Notes: generated from the letters alone by a model not told the origin. Shown: positions 28,102 through 38,853, counted from the stretch's first letter. The stretch is 60,564 nt of DNA from Candidatus Thorarchaeota archaeon (GCA_048883105.1 JBHLQY010000002.1:1-60564); one strand, 5' to 3'. Program-made: numbers and translations.

Positions 28102-28923
28102 TTAAACCTCGATTTCCTCTAATTTCTCTACAAACTCATCAATCTTCTCATTAAATATTTCAAAAGTTTTCTTAATAAGAACTTCAAAAGGGAGAACGCC
28201 ATCTGTTTCAATAAAAAATATATATGTCTCCTTTTTCGAATTTACCTTGATTTTACCATTAGAACCTTTCTCACACGCTTTGCATAAAGTACAAGTTTTC
28301 CAATAATCGTTCTTTAATTTTAATGAATTATTATTTAGCTCATATAAATTTTCTGGACATGTTGATGCGATAAGAGTCTTTTCATCTAAATCTTTAATTT
28401 TGCTTTCATCGAAATCAATTGTTGGATAATATCTATAGAAACAATTTGAAACTGCTGAAAATCTAATGTTATCCTTAGCTATACCCAAAATCGCATAACT
28501 TTCAATAATGATTTTGCTACCTTTATCTATTTTTAAAATTGGGATTTTATCGTGTACAGGGACTATATTGGGGTCATTAGAATTCAAATCTCCAGAATAA
28601 ACTACTAAAGGTTTATTAGTTTCATTATTAACTTCCAATGTTAAGGATACTTGACATAATGGACAACCAAATCCTCCACATTCACAATCCCGCGGCAGAT
28701 TATAATGCTCTAGATCAGTCTTGAGAGGAATCATACCAAGCCGATGAGCAACGATTTCATCGTACAATGGCGAATCATTTTTTAATATAATAACTTCATC
28801 AATTGCGAAGCAAGGCAATTCCGTCATGATTATACGGCGTAGAGCGTTTACCATTTCAATAGTGATTTCTTCTATAACAAAGACAAGTTTATGATCGGTC
28901 TTTTCAAGCACTTCGAGATTCAT
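28102..28923 (-). CDS. rpoD: DNA-directed RNA polymerase subunit D (Rpo3)
   Basis: EMVNALRRIIMTELPCFAIDEV and AHRLGMIPL. Cys-rich insert CECGGFGCPLC...CTLCKAC. Canonical synteny with L18e-L13-S9. Confidence 0.85.
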   Translation of the reverse strand: MNLEVLEKTDHKLVFVIEEITIEMVNALRRIIMTELPCFAIDEVIILKNDSPLYDEIVAHRLGMIPLKTDLEHYNLPRDCECGGFGCPLCQVSLTLEVNNETNKPLVVYSGDLNSNDPNIVPVHDKIPILKIDKGSKIIIESYAILGIAKDNIRFSAVSNCFYRYYPTIDFDESKIKDLDEKTLIASTCPENLYELNNNSLKLKNDYWKTCTLCKACEKGSNGKIKVNSKKETYIFFIETDGVLPFEVLIKKTFEIFNEKIDEFVEKLEEIEV

Positions 28924-29007
28924 GATAAATATTTCAATAATTAATAAGTAGGATATTATTGGATATATCTAATATAAGATAAATTTTACTGTTAATTGAT
29001 TTGAATA

Positions 29008-30336
29008 TCAAAAAAATTTGAGATACTCGTAAGCGTCGTTTGAATGTTGGAAGCAATATTTTATCTCTTGAAAATCCTTACGAAATTCGGCGATTTCTTT
29101 TTTTATTCTTTTAGGGTCTTTTTTATCCACCAATAGGGCCTTAAAAAATTCTGCTATGTCTTGCATCTCACCTTTTCCCATTCCTAATCGAGTGACTTCT
29201 GAAGTTCCTAACCTTAATCCAGATGGATTCATATAATGTCGTCCTTCCCTTATATCCCAAGGTAATAGATTGCGATTAATAATTATATTTGCTGATTCTA
29301 ACAACCGCTCAATATCTCCTCCGAGACCGATTTTTTTTTCGAACTCAGCGATATCAACAATAACTTGATGTGATTCTGTAAATCCAAGATGTTCACAGAG
29401 AACTTTAAAACCTCTTTCGTTTAAAGCTTCAGCAAAAGCTTTAGCGTTTTCAATCACACATTTATGATATTTTTTTCCAAATTCAAGCATTTCTACAAGG
29501 GTAACAGCCAAACCTGCGACATTGTGCAGATGATGATTGGAAAACAATGCGGGAAATGCAGATGGTTTTAAAATATCGATTAAATCTTCTCGATTTGATA
29601 CGACAGTTCCATGTTGTGGGCCGGGTAAAGTTTTATGAGTTGATAAACTCATTGCATCAGCGCCTTCTCTTAAGGGATCCTGAAAATATCCAGAGCCAAT
29701 GAGACCAGCAACATGAGCCCCATCATAACCTATATATGCTCCAACTTCTTTTGCAACATCACTCAATTCTTTAACTGGATGGGGGAAAAGAAATACAGAA
29801 GCCCCGAATAAAACCATTTCTGGTTCAAATTCCCTAATGATTTTTGCAGAACCGTCTGGATCTATATTCATGTTTTCCTCATCAAAAACTAGATATTTAA
29901 TCTCCAAACCTCTAACTGTTCCAGCCGTACCATAAATAGCTCTTCCTGAACTAGTATACATTGGGGCATGACTAATATGACCGCCTTTTGGTATTGGCAT
30001 AGCGCACATTTTACCATTATTAGGTGATGTGAAAGCATTATATAAAACTAAGTTCGCCATGACACCAGATACAGGCCTAACGTCAGCAAAAACGCAATTA
30101 AAATAATTTTTCGCGAGATCCATACACATAGCTTCAATTTTATCAATATATCTACATCCAGCGTAAACTCTCTGACCAACCCATCCCTCCGCATATCTAT
30201 GTGAGAAATCTGAGTTACAAGCTTCATCAACAGCTGGACTTGTTATATTTTCAGAAGCTATTAGCGGAATTGCTTTTTTTAATTCTTCATGATGTTCTAA
30301 TAAAATAGATCGTATCTCAGTTAATTTCTTGCTCAA
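29008..30336 (-). CDS. glyA: Serine hydroxymethyltransferase
   Basis: LIASENITSPAV, the PLP-lysine region SLSTHKTLPGPQHG, and GLRLGTSEVTRLG. Confidence 0.9.
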   Translation of the reverse strand: MSKKLTEIRSILLEHHEELKKAIPLIASENITSPAVDEACNSDFSHRYAEGWVGQRVYAGCRYIDKIEAMCMDLAKNYFNCVFADVRPVSGVMANLVLYNAFTSPNNGKMCAMPIPKGGHISHAPMYTSSGRAIYGTAGTVRGLEIKYLVFDEENMNIDPDGSAKIIREFEPEMVLFGASVFLFPHPVKELSDVAKEVGAYIGYDGAHVAGLIGSGYFQDPLREGADAMSLSTHKTLPGPQHGTVVSNREDLIDILKPSAFPALFSNHHLHNVAGLAVTLVEMLEFGKKYHKCVIENAKAFAEALNERGFKVLCEHLGFTESHQVIVDIAEFEKKIGLGGDIERLLESANIIINRNLLPWDIREGRHYMNPSGLRLGTSEVTRLGMGKGEMQDIAEFFKALLVDKKDPKRIKKEIAEFRKDFQEIKYCFQHSNDAYEYLKFF

Positions 30337-30511
30337 ATTTAATCAAATCTAATTTTAGGAAATATGATAAATTACTAAATATAATTTAAAATTAAAAATT
30401 TTTTGAATTCTACGATTTTTCTCAATGTTTATTTATTCATTTTTCTATGATTTTATATAACAATAGCATTCATTAGAAATTTCACTAAAACAAATAATAA
30501 AAAACGTTAAA

Positions 30512-31441
30512 CTATTTTTCTGAATGTTCTAAAATTAGTCTTGCTTCATATAAATTTAATTTTTTTCCTGTCTTTCGTTTTTCAAGTGCCACAGCTAATT
30601 TTTCTTGTTTTAATTTTTCGAGCATCTCTTGGTTTTTATCGGCTTGTTTTTGCCTATGTCCTTTTATTGGTCTTCTCTTTGGTCTATATGGCCTCTTGCT
30701 TTTGTTTCTTCTCTTCTTTTGATTTAAGACTTTTAAATACTGATTGTGATATCGATCCGCGGCCTTTTTATTTTCTATTAATTCTTCTTCAATTTTTTTC
30801 TTATTTTCTTTTAATTTATTAGCTCCTTGATATAATTCAAGCATTTTCATGTGAAATTTCTGAGATTTCCCCGACCATTTAGTCAATTGTTCATAAATTT
30901 TATTTAGATTAATTTTAACAATTTCAATTTTACGCCCAATTTTATAAATACCATTATTTTGTTGTTCTGCCACAAATTTTTGCTTTTTTCTTTCTAAATC
31001 TCTGATTTTATCCACAATTTCATTTTCTTTATTAATATCCAAATTTTCAGTCTCAATTACTCTCTCTAAATTATCAATTTTACGCTCTAGCTGCTTAACA
31101 GAAGTGAAATGTTCAGAAATTTTACCACGACCGTTATGTTTCTGATGTTTTTTTTTTTCATCAATAAGAGTATCTAAGAGCTTCTTATATTCAATTTTTT
31201 TATTTTTTAAGTGTTTAACTTTTTTATTCCAATGATCTCGCTTTGGTTTATATACATCTCTGGCAGTTTTTAACGACTCAATAATTTTAAATTCAATTTC
31301 TTGCAATCGATTAATATATTCTTTTGTCTTTTGATTTAAGTCATCCCTCTTTTTTCTAAAATCTTCTATTTTATTTTGAAGTTCCTTAAAAGAAAGTTGA
31401 GAAATTTGAAATGTTTTATCTTTACTCATTGATTTGTTCAT
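30512..31441 (-). CDS. Archaeal coiled-coil protein with a basic C-terminal tail
   Basis: 309 aa with a Lys/Glu heptad-like composition throughout. The basic stretch is KKRRNKSKRPYRPKRRPIKGHR. Confidence 0.5.
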   Translation of the reverse strand: MNKSMSKDKTFQISQLSFKELQNKIEDFRKKRDDLNQKTKEYINRLQEIEFKIIESLKTARDVYKPKRDHWNKKVKHLKNKKIEYKKLLDTLIDEKKKHQKHNGRGKISEHFTSVKQLERKIDNLERVIETENLDINKENEIVDKIRDLERKKQKFVAEQQNNGIYKIGRKIEIVKINLNKIYEQLTKWSGKSQKFHMKMLELYQGANKLKENKKKIEEELIENKKAADRYHNQYLKVLNQKKRRNKSKRPYRPKRRPIKGHRQKQADKNQEMLEKLKQEKLAVALEKRKTGKKLNLYEARLILEHSEK

Positions 31442-31560
31442 TAAAGAGTATTTATAAACAAGGTTTTATAAGTTGTAATATACAACTTATATTAAAAAAT
31501 TTAAGAATTTCAAGCATAATAGAAATAATTGAAAAAATAACCGAAAAATAAGTTAAAGAA

Positions 31561-32427
31561 ATGAATGGTAGAAAAATCAAAGAAAATGATTTAGTATTTT
31601 TAGTTCTTGACGAGAGAAGAAGATGGTTGGTAAAAGCAAAGAAGGGTGATTCATTTCATACTCATCGAGGAATTATTGAATTTGATGATATAATAGATAA
31701 ACCTTTTGGTTCGTGTGTTTTTTCAAAACCATATGAAAGTCAAGGCTACAAATTTTTTGTTTTTAAACCTCTTCCTTCTGATTATATTCTTCATATGGGT
31801 CGAAAAACTCAGATAGTCTATCCAGAAGATGCTGGTTTGATTTTAATTTATTCGGGAATAGGACCGGGTAGCGTAGTTATTGAAGCCGGGTGTGGTTCTG
31901 GAGCTTTAACTTGTATTTTGGGAAATTCTGTGAGACCAAATGGACATATTTATTCATACGATCTAAATGAAAAATTTATAGCTAGAGCAAAAAAAAATGT
32001 AGCAAAAGCTAATTTGGAGGCAGTGGTTACCATCCAATATGGTAATATTATAGAAGATCATTTAAAGCATAAAAATGTAGATTCTGTTGTTTTAGATATG
32101 GCTCAACCATGGAAGGCAATTGAAAAAGTAAAAGAATACCTAAAATTAAGTGGTATTTTAGTATCATTTTCACCCACAATTGAACAAGTCAAAAAAACCA
32201 CCTTTGCTATGAGGAATAACGATTTTTTTGAGATTAATAGCTATGAATTACTTAAAAGAAAAATTCAGGTTAAAAAAAGCGCAACTCGACCAGAAGTTAG
32301 AATGATAGGACATTCAGGGTACTTAACATTTGGTCGAAAAATAAAAGATATTGAAAATCCTTATCAAGCTAAAAAGCCCAAAAAAAGAGTAATTGTTGAT
32401 CTTAATGGAATGCCCTTAACGGGTTAG
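31561..32427 (+). CDS. trmI: tRNA (adenine-N1)-methyltransferase TrmI (Gcd14 homologue)
   Basis: IVYPEDAGLILIYSGIGPGSVVIEAGCGSGALT, plus an N-terminal beta domain, as in m1A57/58 methyltransferases. Confidence 0.8.
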   Translation: MNGRKIKENDLVFLVLDERRRWLVKAKKGDSFHTHRGIIEFDDIIDKPFGSCVFSKPYESQGYKFFVFKPLPSDYILHMGRKTQIVYPEDAGLILIYSGIGPGSVVIEAGCGSGALTCILGNSVRPNGHIYSYDLNEKFIARAKKNVAKANLEAVVTIQYGNIIEDHLKHKNVDSVVLDMAQPWKAIEKVKEYLKLSGILVSFSPTIEQVKKTTFAMRNNDFFEINSYELLKRKIQVKKSATRPEVRMIGHSGYLTFGRKIKDIENPYQAKKPKKRVIVDLNGMPLTG

Positions 32428-32439
32428 TCTTTAATAAAA

Positions 32440-32865
32440 TTAAAATCCTTTCAATTGAGTTCCAACTCTTAACTCCTTTTTCTTTTTGAACCTTTCAGTT
32501 CTAAAAAAATGATTTTTTCTTTCTGAGAGAATTTCAATAAATTTTCTTAAAATTTCCTCTACTAAGTCTTTTGTAGCTTTATCACCCGTAATCATGCGAG
32601 GATCGTTGAGATAAGGTAGAATTTCTTTATTTTTAGAGTCATCTCGAAGACCTAAATTCTTTATGGGTATATGGTACGAATGAAGGAACCAGCCCTGTCT
32701 ATCTTCTTGGTGGGCAATTACTTTCAACATATTAGATTTTTCCTTTTTAATTTTAAAATCCATTATATTTTTTCCAGGGCGAATTATAATAGTTAAGTAT
32801 TCTGGAATTTTGTTCTTAGGATTATGAATCTTTTTCAAGAATTCTTTTAACCGTTCGTTTTTCAT
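32440..32865 (-). CDS. Hypothetical protein
   Basis: 141-aa ORF with an ATG start. It fills an otherwise empty interval and has no recognised motifs. Confidence 0.4.
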   Translation of the reverse strand: MKNERLKEFLKKIHNPKNKIPEYLTIIIRPGKNIMDFKIKKEKSNMLKVIAHQEDRQGWFLHSYHIPIKNLGLRDDSKNKEILPYLNDPRMITGDKATKDLVEEILRKFIEILSERKNHFFRTERFKKKKELRVGTQLKGF

Positions 32866-32997
32866 TTTTTTATTCTTAATGAAGTAGTGTAATATAAAAT
32901 AATTAAATTAAAATCATAAATAAATTTATTAATTATATCATTTATTATAAATTCTTTAAACTATAAAGATATAGCGCTTGAATCTTTGTGTTGTTTT

Positions 32998-33420
32998 ATG
33001 ACAGTTGTATTGAAATCCTTTCAAATAAAAACAAATGCATATTGCGATGTCATTGATATAACTCATCAAGTCCAAGACGCTATAAATAAAAGTAACATCA
33101 AAGATGGGTTAGTAAATGTCCATATAGCTGGATCTACAGGAGCAATCTCAACTACAGAATATGAACCTGGATTAGTTAAACACGATATAAAAGATTTTCT
33201 CGAAAAAATTCTTCCTTATAAAAAAAATTACGCACATCATAAAACATGGCACGATTATAACGGAGCCGGGCACTTAAGAAGTTTCTTGATTAAAACGTCT
33301 CAAACATTTCCTTTCCAAAATGCAAGGCTAATATTAGGGACCTGGCAGCAAATTATTTTTATTGAATGTGATGAAAAGCCACGCTCTAGAACTATCTATG
33401 TTCAAATTATTGGAGAATAG
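32998..33420 (+). CDS. YjbQ/UPF0047-family protein (secondary thiamine-phosphate synthase-like)
   Basis: DITHQVQDAI, VNVHIAGSTGAISTTEYEPG, AHLRSFL and LGTWQQIIFIECD. ATG at 32998. Confidence 0.75.
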   Translation: MTVVLKSFQIKTNAYCDVIDITHQVQDAINKSNIKDGLVNVHIAGSTGAISTTEYEPGLVKHDIKDFLEKILPYKKNYAHHKTWHDYNGAGHLRSFLIKTSQTFPFQNARLILGTWQQIIFIECDEKPRSRTIYVQIIGE

Positions 33421-33466
33421 CATAAAAATTTTAAAAATGAATGAGAAAGATTTATTTCCATAAATA

Positions 33467-33718
33467 TCAATGATTTTTTAATAGATATTCAAATTCACTT
33501 ACTACAGCAGCATAATTTTTTCTTTTTTGCGTCATTTCGAATTTTCTTCTTATCTTTTGTATCGATTCTTTTAGTTTTAATTTGAAATTTAAATTATCTA
33601 ATTTATCGTGATATTCTGGAATTTTTTTGTAAAATCTATAATATTTTCGAATAATTTGGTATTGTAAATTTACTAAAAAGTTATTTTCTTCTTCAAATTT
33701 TGTTTCGATCTCAATCAA
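33467..33718 (-). CDS. Hypothetical small helical protein
   Basis: 83-aa ORF with no motifs. Confidence 0.3.
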   Translation of the reverse strand: MIEIETKFEEENNFLVNLQYQIIRKYYRFYKKIPEYHDKLDNLNFKLKLKESIQKIRRKFEMTQKRKNYAAVVSEFEYLLKNH

Positions 33719-33905
33719 TTAATTCATCGAATTAGATTTTTTAAATTGAAGATTAATTGAAAAAGATCTGTAAAAAATACGAATATGATGTTTATATTAC
33801 AGAAATAACATAAAAAACACCAATCAAATTGATAATGATTTATTAAGAAAATATTAAATTAAGAAAGTTTAATTAATAATTATATTAAATTAAGTTAAAT
33901 TTGTA

Positions 33906-34844
33906 GTGATTTCATTGGAAAATGCTATAAAAATTATTATTAGTGGTTTAGACAACGCTGGTAAGACTTCTATATTAACAGCTTTAGATAAAAAATTTGA
34001 TTTTGAAAAAGAAATAATGCAATTGAAACCGACTGTCAAAGTTGAGTATAGTGCTTCGAATTTTTTAGGTAATAGGGTTTATTATTGGGATATGGGGGGC
34101 CAAAAACAATACAGAGAACTTTACGAAAAAAATAAAGATATGTATTTTGCTGGAACCGATTTACTCGTTTATATAATTGATATCCAAGACAAAGCTAGAT
34201 TTGACTTAACTTTAGAATATCTTAATACAATCTTAAAGTACTTTCAAAATAATGAAATGGAAAATGTACCTCTTATTATAAGCTTTCATAAGTTTGATCC
34301 ACAGTTAAGAGACAATGAGGAGATACTTTATAATATTAATGATTTAAGAGAAAAAATCTTAAAAGAAAATCCTAAATTCAAGATTTTGTTTCAACAGACT
34401 TCAATATATGATATTATTTCAATTGTTCAATTGGTTTCTTACGGGCTCTCTGTTTTTGATAAAGCGTTTTTTGAGCTGTCAATCCTTTTGGAGGATTATT
34501 TAGAAGAGTTTGGATGTTCTTCACTCATTCTATTTGATCAAAATGGAATAATTATAAGTGAATTTTATAGCGAGTTAATAGATTCAGACCATTATATAAT
34601 ACTCTTAGAAAATATTAAAGAACATCTGTTCTTATTAAAAAGAATGTTAGAAGAGGAAAAAACTGAATATAATTTCTTTACTATAGAAGATAATTTCTTA
34701 TCATATTTACATAGAGTAATATATAAAAAATATAATTACTACATTTCGGTTATAATTGAGGAAAATAAGAGAGAAACATTGTTGGAAAAATTTCCAAATT
34801 TAGTCGATGAGATATTTAATATATTCGATTCTTTATTTGCTTAA
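33906..34844 (+). CDS. Rag/Gtr-like (Arf-related) small GTPase with a C-terminal roadblock-like domain
   Basis: - G1 is GLDNAGKTS, G3 is WDMGGQ and G4 is HKFD (HKxD as in the Rag/Gtr family rather than NKxD).
- An extension of about 140 aa follows with an alpha-beta-beta-alpha-beta pattern (SLILFDQNGIIISEF...).
- GTG start. Confidence 0.7.
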   Translation: MISLENAIKIIISGLDNAGKTSILTALDKKFDFEKEIMQLKPTVKVEYSASNFLGNRVYYWDMGGQKQYRELYEKNKDMYFAGTDLLVYIIDIQDKARFDLTLEYLNTILKYFQNNEMENVPLIISFHKFDPQLRDNEEILYNINDLREKILKENPKFKILFQQTSIYDIISIVQLVSYGLSVFDKAFFELSILLEDYLEEFGCSSLILFDQNGIIISEFYSELIDSDHYIILLENIKEHLFLLKRMLEEEKTEYNFFTIEDNFLSYLHRVIYKKYNYYISVIIEENKRETLLEKFPNLVDEIFNIFDSLFA

Positions 34845-34870
34845 GTACCTTTTTTTTCCTTTTATCTTAT

Positions 34871-36001
34871 CTAATCGATATTTAACAACTCTCTGCTTTT
34901 ATCAATTAATTTCTCCTTTTTCTTCCGATGTTCCTTAACAAATTTAATAACTTTTTCAATGCATTCTCTCTTATGTTCACCACACATTAGTTCTCCTTTA
35001 ATGCATTCTTCAAAATCTTTTGTTAATTTTTTGTCATCCGCTTCAAAATGATACATTAAAATTTTATAGATCATGCATTTCTGTGGTTCTCCTCCAAGTT
35101 CTTGTTGCTCTTTCTTATTGCGTTTACCTCCTGTTAAAGCACCCTTTATTTTCTTTTCAATTGATTGTAATGGCTCGTTAAATGTAAAATAGCTATTGGG
35201 GTTTCTTTTTGCCATCTTTTCTGACCCATCTATACCAGGTAATAATTTATGATAAGTGGCTCCCGGTAAAAAAAAAGCTTCTTGAATAACCTTTCCATCA
35301 ACTTTTTTCTTTTTGTAATATCTACGTGATAAATCTCTGGTAAGGCGAATGTGAGGATCTTGGTCAATCCCTACTGGAACTACAGTTGGTTGGGGTCCAT
35401 CCATTACTTGTGGTAAAACAATATCTCCTACTTGAATAAGTGCGGCTAAATAAAGACCAAAAGGTTTTTCACCGTAGATTGCGTTAATCATATTTTGTGT
35501 TAGTAAACGACCAACCTTAAATGCCACATCCATCACAATAGGTTCTTTTGATTGTCTCCAAACATAACATTTCTCAGGAGTAGGATCTAGCCCAAGTGCT
35601 AAAATGTCAGCAAGATTATCTATTGCGTCTTTTTCAGCTTCTTCATAGGTAATCCCATTATCCTCCCAACTTTCAATGTCAGCAATACAATAATATGCTT
35701 TTGCTCCCATTTTCTGGAACTCTACGATTTCTAGTGCCGTAGTTAATGTACCTAAATGGAAAGGACCTGACGGTTTTATACCACTTATAACTGCCCAAGG
35801 TTTGTTTTTTTCAACAGCCTTAACAATATCTTCTAAAGAACGATGCCCAAATATAATCTTACGCCTGATAAATCGATTATCTATTTTTAGGCGCATAATA
35901 TCGCTAATTTCCTCGATACCAAATTCTTCTATTAATCGTATGTAATCTTCTTCCAATATATTCGTGCTCGACCACGGATCGATTTTAAACTCGTCAGACA
36001 T
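34871..36001 (-). CDS. trpS: Tryptophan--tRNA ligase (archaeal/eukaryotic type)
   Basis: - The N-terminus FKIDPWSS...DYIRLIEEFG is typical of archaeal TrpRS.
- The HIGH-type motif is PSGPFHLG.
- The KMSKS-type motif is KMAKR. Confidence 0.8.
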   Translation of the reverse strand: MSDEFKIDPWSSTNILEEDYIRLIEEFGIEEISDIMRLKIDNRFIRRKIIFGHRSLEDIVKAVEKNKPWAVISGIKPSGPFHLGTLTTALEIVEFQKMGAKAYYCIADIESWEDNGITYEEAEKDAIDNLADILALGLDPTPEKCYVWRQSKEPIVMDVAFKVGRLLTQNMINAIYGEKPFGLYLAALIQVGDIVLPQVMDGPQPTVVPVGIDQDPHIRLTRDLSRRYYKKKKVDGKVIQEAFFLPGATYHKLLPGIDGSEKMAKRNPNSYFTFNEPLQSIEKKIKGALTGGKRNKKEQQELGGEPQKCMIYKILMYHFEADDKKLTKDFEECIKGELMCGEHKRECIEKVIKFVKEHRKKKEKLIDKSRELLNID

Positions 36002-36068
36002 AATAATTTTTATTTAGCTTGGTTTGATAATATTAAAAAATATATACAAAATAAAAATTTTGATAAGT

Positions 36069-36482
36069 ATGATAAAATATTCTTCTGAAGAAATTGATGA
36101 ATTTATTAAATTACTTGATTTCTCAAAAATTAAAGGCGGACTTATACCTATAATCACTCAAGATTATAGAACAAGTGAGGTTTTAATGTTAGCATTTGCA
36201 AATGAAGATGCCATTAGAAAGACTTTGGAAACAGGTTTCTCACACTACTATTCAAGATCACGAAAGACTTTATGGAAAAAAGGGGAAACATCTGGATATG
36301 TCCAAGAAATTCAACATATTATAACAGATTGCGATAATGATTCAATTTTATTTAAAGTAAAACAAATTGGGGCAGCTTGTCATAAAGGGTATGATACGTG
36401 TTTTTATAATGAATTTAAAGATGGGAAACTTAAGATAATTGGAAAGAAAGTGTTTAATCCAGATGAGGTTTATAAAAAATAG
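36069..36482 (+). CDS. hisI: Phosphoribosyl-AMP cyclohydrolase
   Basis: [37 protein letters not shown] and [26 protein letters not shown]. Confidence 0.85.
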   Translation: MIKYSSEEIDEFIKLLDFSKIKGGLIPIITQDYRTSEVLMLAFANEDAIRKTLETGFSHYYSRSRKTLWKKGETSGYVQEIQHIITDCDNDSILFKVKQIGAACHKGYDTCFYNEFKDGKLKIIGKKVFNPDEVYKK

Positions 36483-36681
36483 TTTAATAGGAAGATCAAA
36501 TGAAAATTTAATGATATTAAAATAATATATGAACTTTTTTTATAAACTTTTAACTTAATTTAGTTTTAATTAAATGATCGTTTAATTGAATTTTAAAAAA
36601 TTGAACAAGTTTTATATATTTTTGAAAATACATTATAATGGTTTTAAATAAAATCATATTTTTTCTTGCTGGTTACTTCTC

Positions 36682-37137
36682 ATGAAAAAAGAGCAACTTG
36701 ACGACATTGATAGGAATATATTGAGAATATTACAAGAGGACGCCCGTAAGTCGTACAGAGAAATTCAAGATCAACTGGGAATTTCAATTGGTACAATTCA
36801 CAATCGCATATCAAAATTAAAGAAAAATCAAATTATAGAAGGCTACACCTTAAAATTAAACAATATTAAACTAGGATACAAATTAACATTCTTAATCCGT
36901 ATACAAATTGACGGGAAGCATACTTCTGAAATATTAGGTGAGGTAACAAAAAAGCCAGAGGTTTGCTCTGTATTTCATACCACGGGAGAGCAATCAGCGG
37001 CCTTAATATGTAGATTTAAAGAATCAGAAGAAGTCCACAGATTCATTAGAGAATTAAATGAAAAAGAATATGTCTTACGGACGAATTCCAATATGGTTCT
37101 AAAGGAATATAAAAATTCTTCTTATATAGAAATTTAA
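36682..37137 (+). CDS. Lrp/AsnC-family transcriptional regulator
   Basis: LDDIDRNILRILQEDARKSYREIQDQLGISIGTIHNRISKL forms the HTH. It is followed by a RAM/ACT-like C-terminal domain. Confidence 0.85.
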   Translation: MKKEQLDDIDRNILRILQEDARKSYREIQDQLGISIGTIHNRISKLKKNQIIEGYTLKLNNIKLGYKLTFLIRIQIDGKHTSEILGEVTKKPEVCSVFHTTGEQSAALICRFKESEEVHRFIRELNEKEYVLRTNSNMVLKEYKNSSYIEI

Positions 37138-37138
37138 C

Positions 37139-37148
37139 TTTTTTTTTT
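37139..37148 (+). terminator. Oligo-T tract (10 T) just after the Lrp stop codon
   Basis: TAA at 37135-37137 is followed by c and then tttttttttt. Confidence 0.4.
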
Positions 37149-37255
37149 AAAATAAGACAATATTTAAAGAACCCTAAATCATAAAATTAAAAAAATATTC
37201 TGATTTTAATTAATTAAGAATTCAGATTTAAAAACAATTCATAGGTAGAATAAAT

Positions 37256-38851
37256 ATGTCATTTGGCGTACCAATTATTATTTTAAAAGAAGGAACCGAA
37301 GAGAGTAGTGAAAAAGAAGCTCGGCAACAAAATATTAACGCTATGATGGCTATAGCTGAGACTGTACGGACAACTTTAGGTCCTAAAGGAATGGCTAAGA
37401 TGCTTGTAGACTCTTTAGGTGATACGACCATCACTAATGATGGAGCAGAAATCCTTAAAGCGTTGGATCTTGAAAATGTAGCTGCTATCATGATGGTAAA
37501 TATAGCTAAGGCTATCGACACTGATATTGGTGATGGAACTACTTCTGCCGTCATTTTTTCGGCAGCTTTACTAAAAAACGCTTTAGAATTGATTGAGCAA
37601 GACCTTCATCCCAAGCATATCACTACTGGTTATAAAATAGCTGCAGATAAAGCAATTGAAATTGTAAACAAAATTGCCACTAAAATTTCAAAAGATGACG
37701 ATGATGTTCTTAAGAATGCGGCAATGACAGCAATGAACGCAAAAGATATTGCCCCATTAAAAGATTTTTTCGCAGATTTAGCTTTAAAAGCAGTAAAGCA
37801 AATAGCTGACGAGAAGAATACGTTTGATAAAGTTGGAAACATAAAATTTATCAAAGCTCCTGGAAAATCTCTTAAAGATTCTGAATTAATTAATGGTGTT
37901 TACATTCAAAAAGAAAAAGTTAATCCTGCTATGCCAGATATTTTGAAAAATGTGAAGATTGCTGTTTTACGAAAGAAATTAGATGTTGTAAAAACAGAGT
38001 CTGATGCTCAAATCCAAATCTTTAGCCCAGCTGATATGCAAGGATTCTTGGATCAAGAAGAAAAAATTCTTCAAGATTACTTAAAAATCTTCAAGGAATT
38101 AGGAGTAAATATGATTATAAACAATAAAGACATTTCTGATAAGTTTGGTGCATATTTAGCCAGAGAGGGAATTGCTGCAATAAAAAATTTAGGCGATAGC
38201 GATATAAAAGCCGTTTTAAAAGCCGTTGAGGCAAATCAAATTGATGATTTAACTTCATTAACCGAAGCCGATTTAGGCTACGCTGAAATAGTTAAATTTG
38301 AAAAAATTGGCAATGACGAATACGCAATGTTTACTGGATGTAAAAATCCTAAATCTGTGTCGATTTTACTAAAAGGGGGCCTCGATAAAGTATTAAACTC
38401 TGCGGAAATTACTTTAAACGATGTTTTATCCGTAATTGCCAAAACAATTGACACTCAAATGGTAGTCGCTGGTGGCGGAGCAATTTATATTGAACTCGCT
38501 AAAAGAATAAAAGATTACGCCAATAAAATTGGTGGCAAAGAACAAATCGCTGTAACCGCTTTTGCTCTTGCGCTTGAAGAAATCCCTAAAACCTTAATTA
38601 GTAATGCCGGTTTGGATGAAATTGAAAGATTGACGGAATTAAGAGCTGCACATAAAACCAACGATGATAAATGGATTGGAATTGACACTATTACGAATAC
38701 CATAGGAAACAATCTCAATAAAGGTATCATTGAACCAGCCGCATTAATTACCCATTTATTAAAGTCTGGAAGCGAATTGGCAAATTTAGTTTTAAGGGTC
38801 GATAGAATCATTAAAGCGAGCAGCGCAGCAGAAAAAGGATTTCAGCCTTAG
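37256..38851 (+). CDS. ths: Thermosome subunit (group II chaperonin)
   Basis: TLGPKGMAKMLVDSLGDTTITNDGAEIL, DIGDGTTSAV and VAGGGAIYIEL. 531 aa. Confidence 0.92.
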   Translation: MSFGVPIIILKEGTEESSEKEARQQNINAMMAIAETVRTTLGPKGMAKMLVDSLGDTTITNDGAEILKALDLENVAAIMMVNIAKAIDTDIGDGTTSAVIFSAALLKNALELIEQDLHPKHITTGYKIAADKAIEIVNKIATKISKDDDDVLKNAAMTAMNAKDIAPLKDFFADLALKAVKQIADEKNTFDKVGNIKFIKAPGKSLKDSELINGVYIQKEKVNPAMPDILKNVKIAVLRKKLDVVKTESDAQIQIFSPADMQGFLDQEEKILQDYLKIFKELGVNMIINNKDISDKFGAYLAREGIAAIKNLGDSDIKAVLKAVEANQIDDLTSLTEADLGYAEIVKFEKIGNDEYAMFTGCKNPKSVSILLKGGLDKVLNSAEITLNDVLSVIAKTIDTQMVVAGGGAIYIELAKRIKDYANKIGGKEQIAVTAFALALEEIPKTLISNAGLDEIERLTELRAAHKTNDDKWIGIDTITNTIGNNLNKGIIEPAALITHLLKSGSELANLVLRVDRIIKASSAAEKGFQP

Positions 38852-38853
38852 AA

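Noticed and set aside
37228-38811. Minus-strand ORFs 37228-37554, 37630-37854 and 38515-38811.
   Set aside because: They are antisense shadows within the thermosome gene and are Ala/Ser/Ile-rich translations without motifs.
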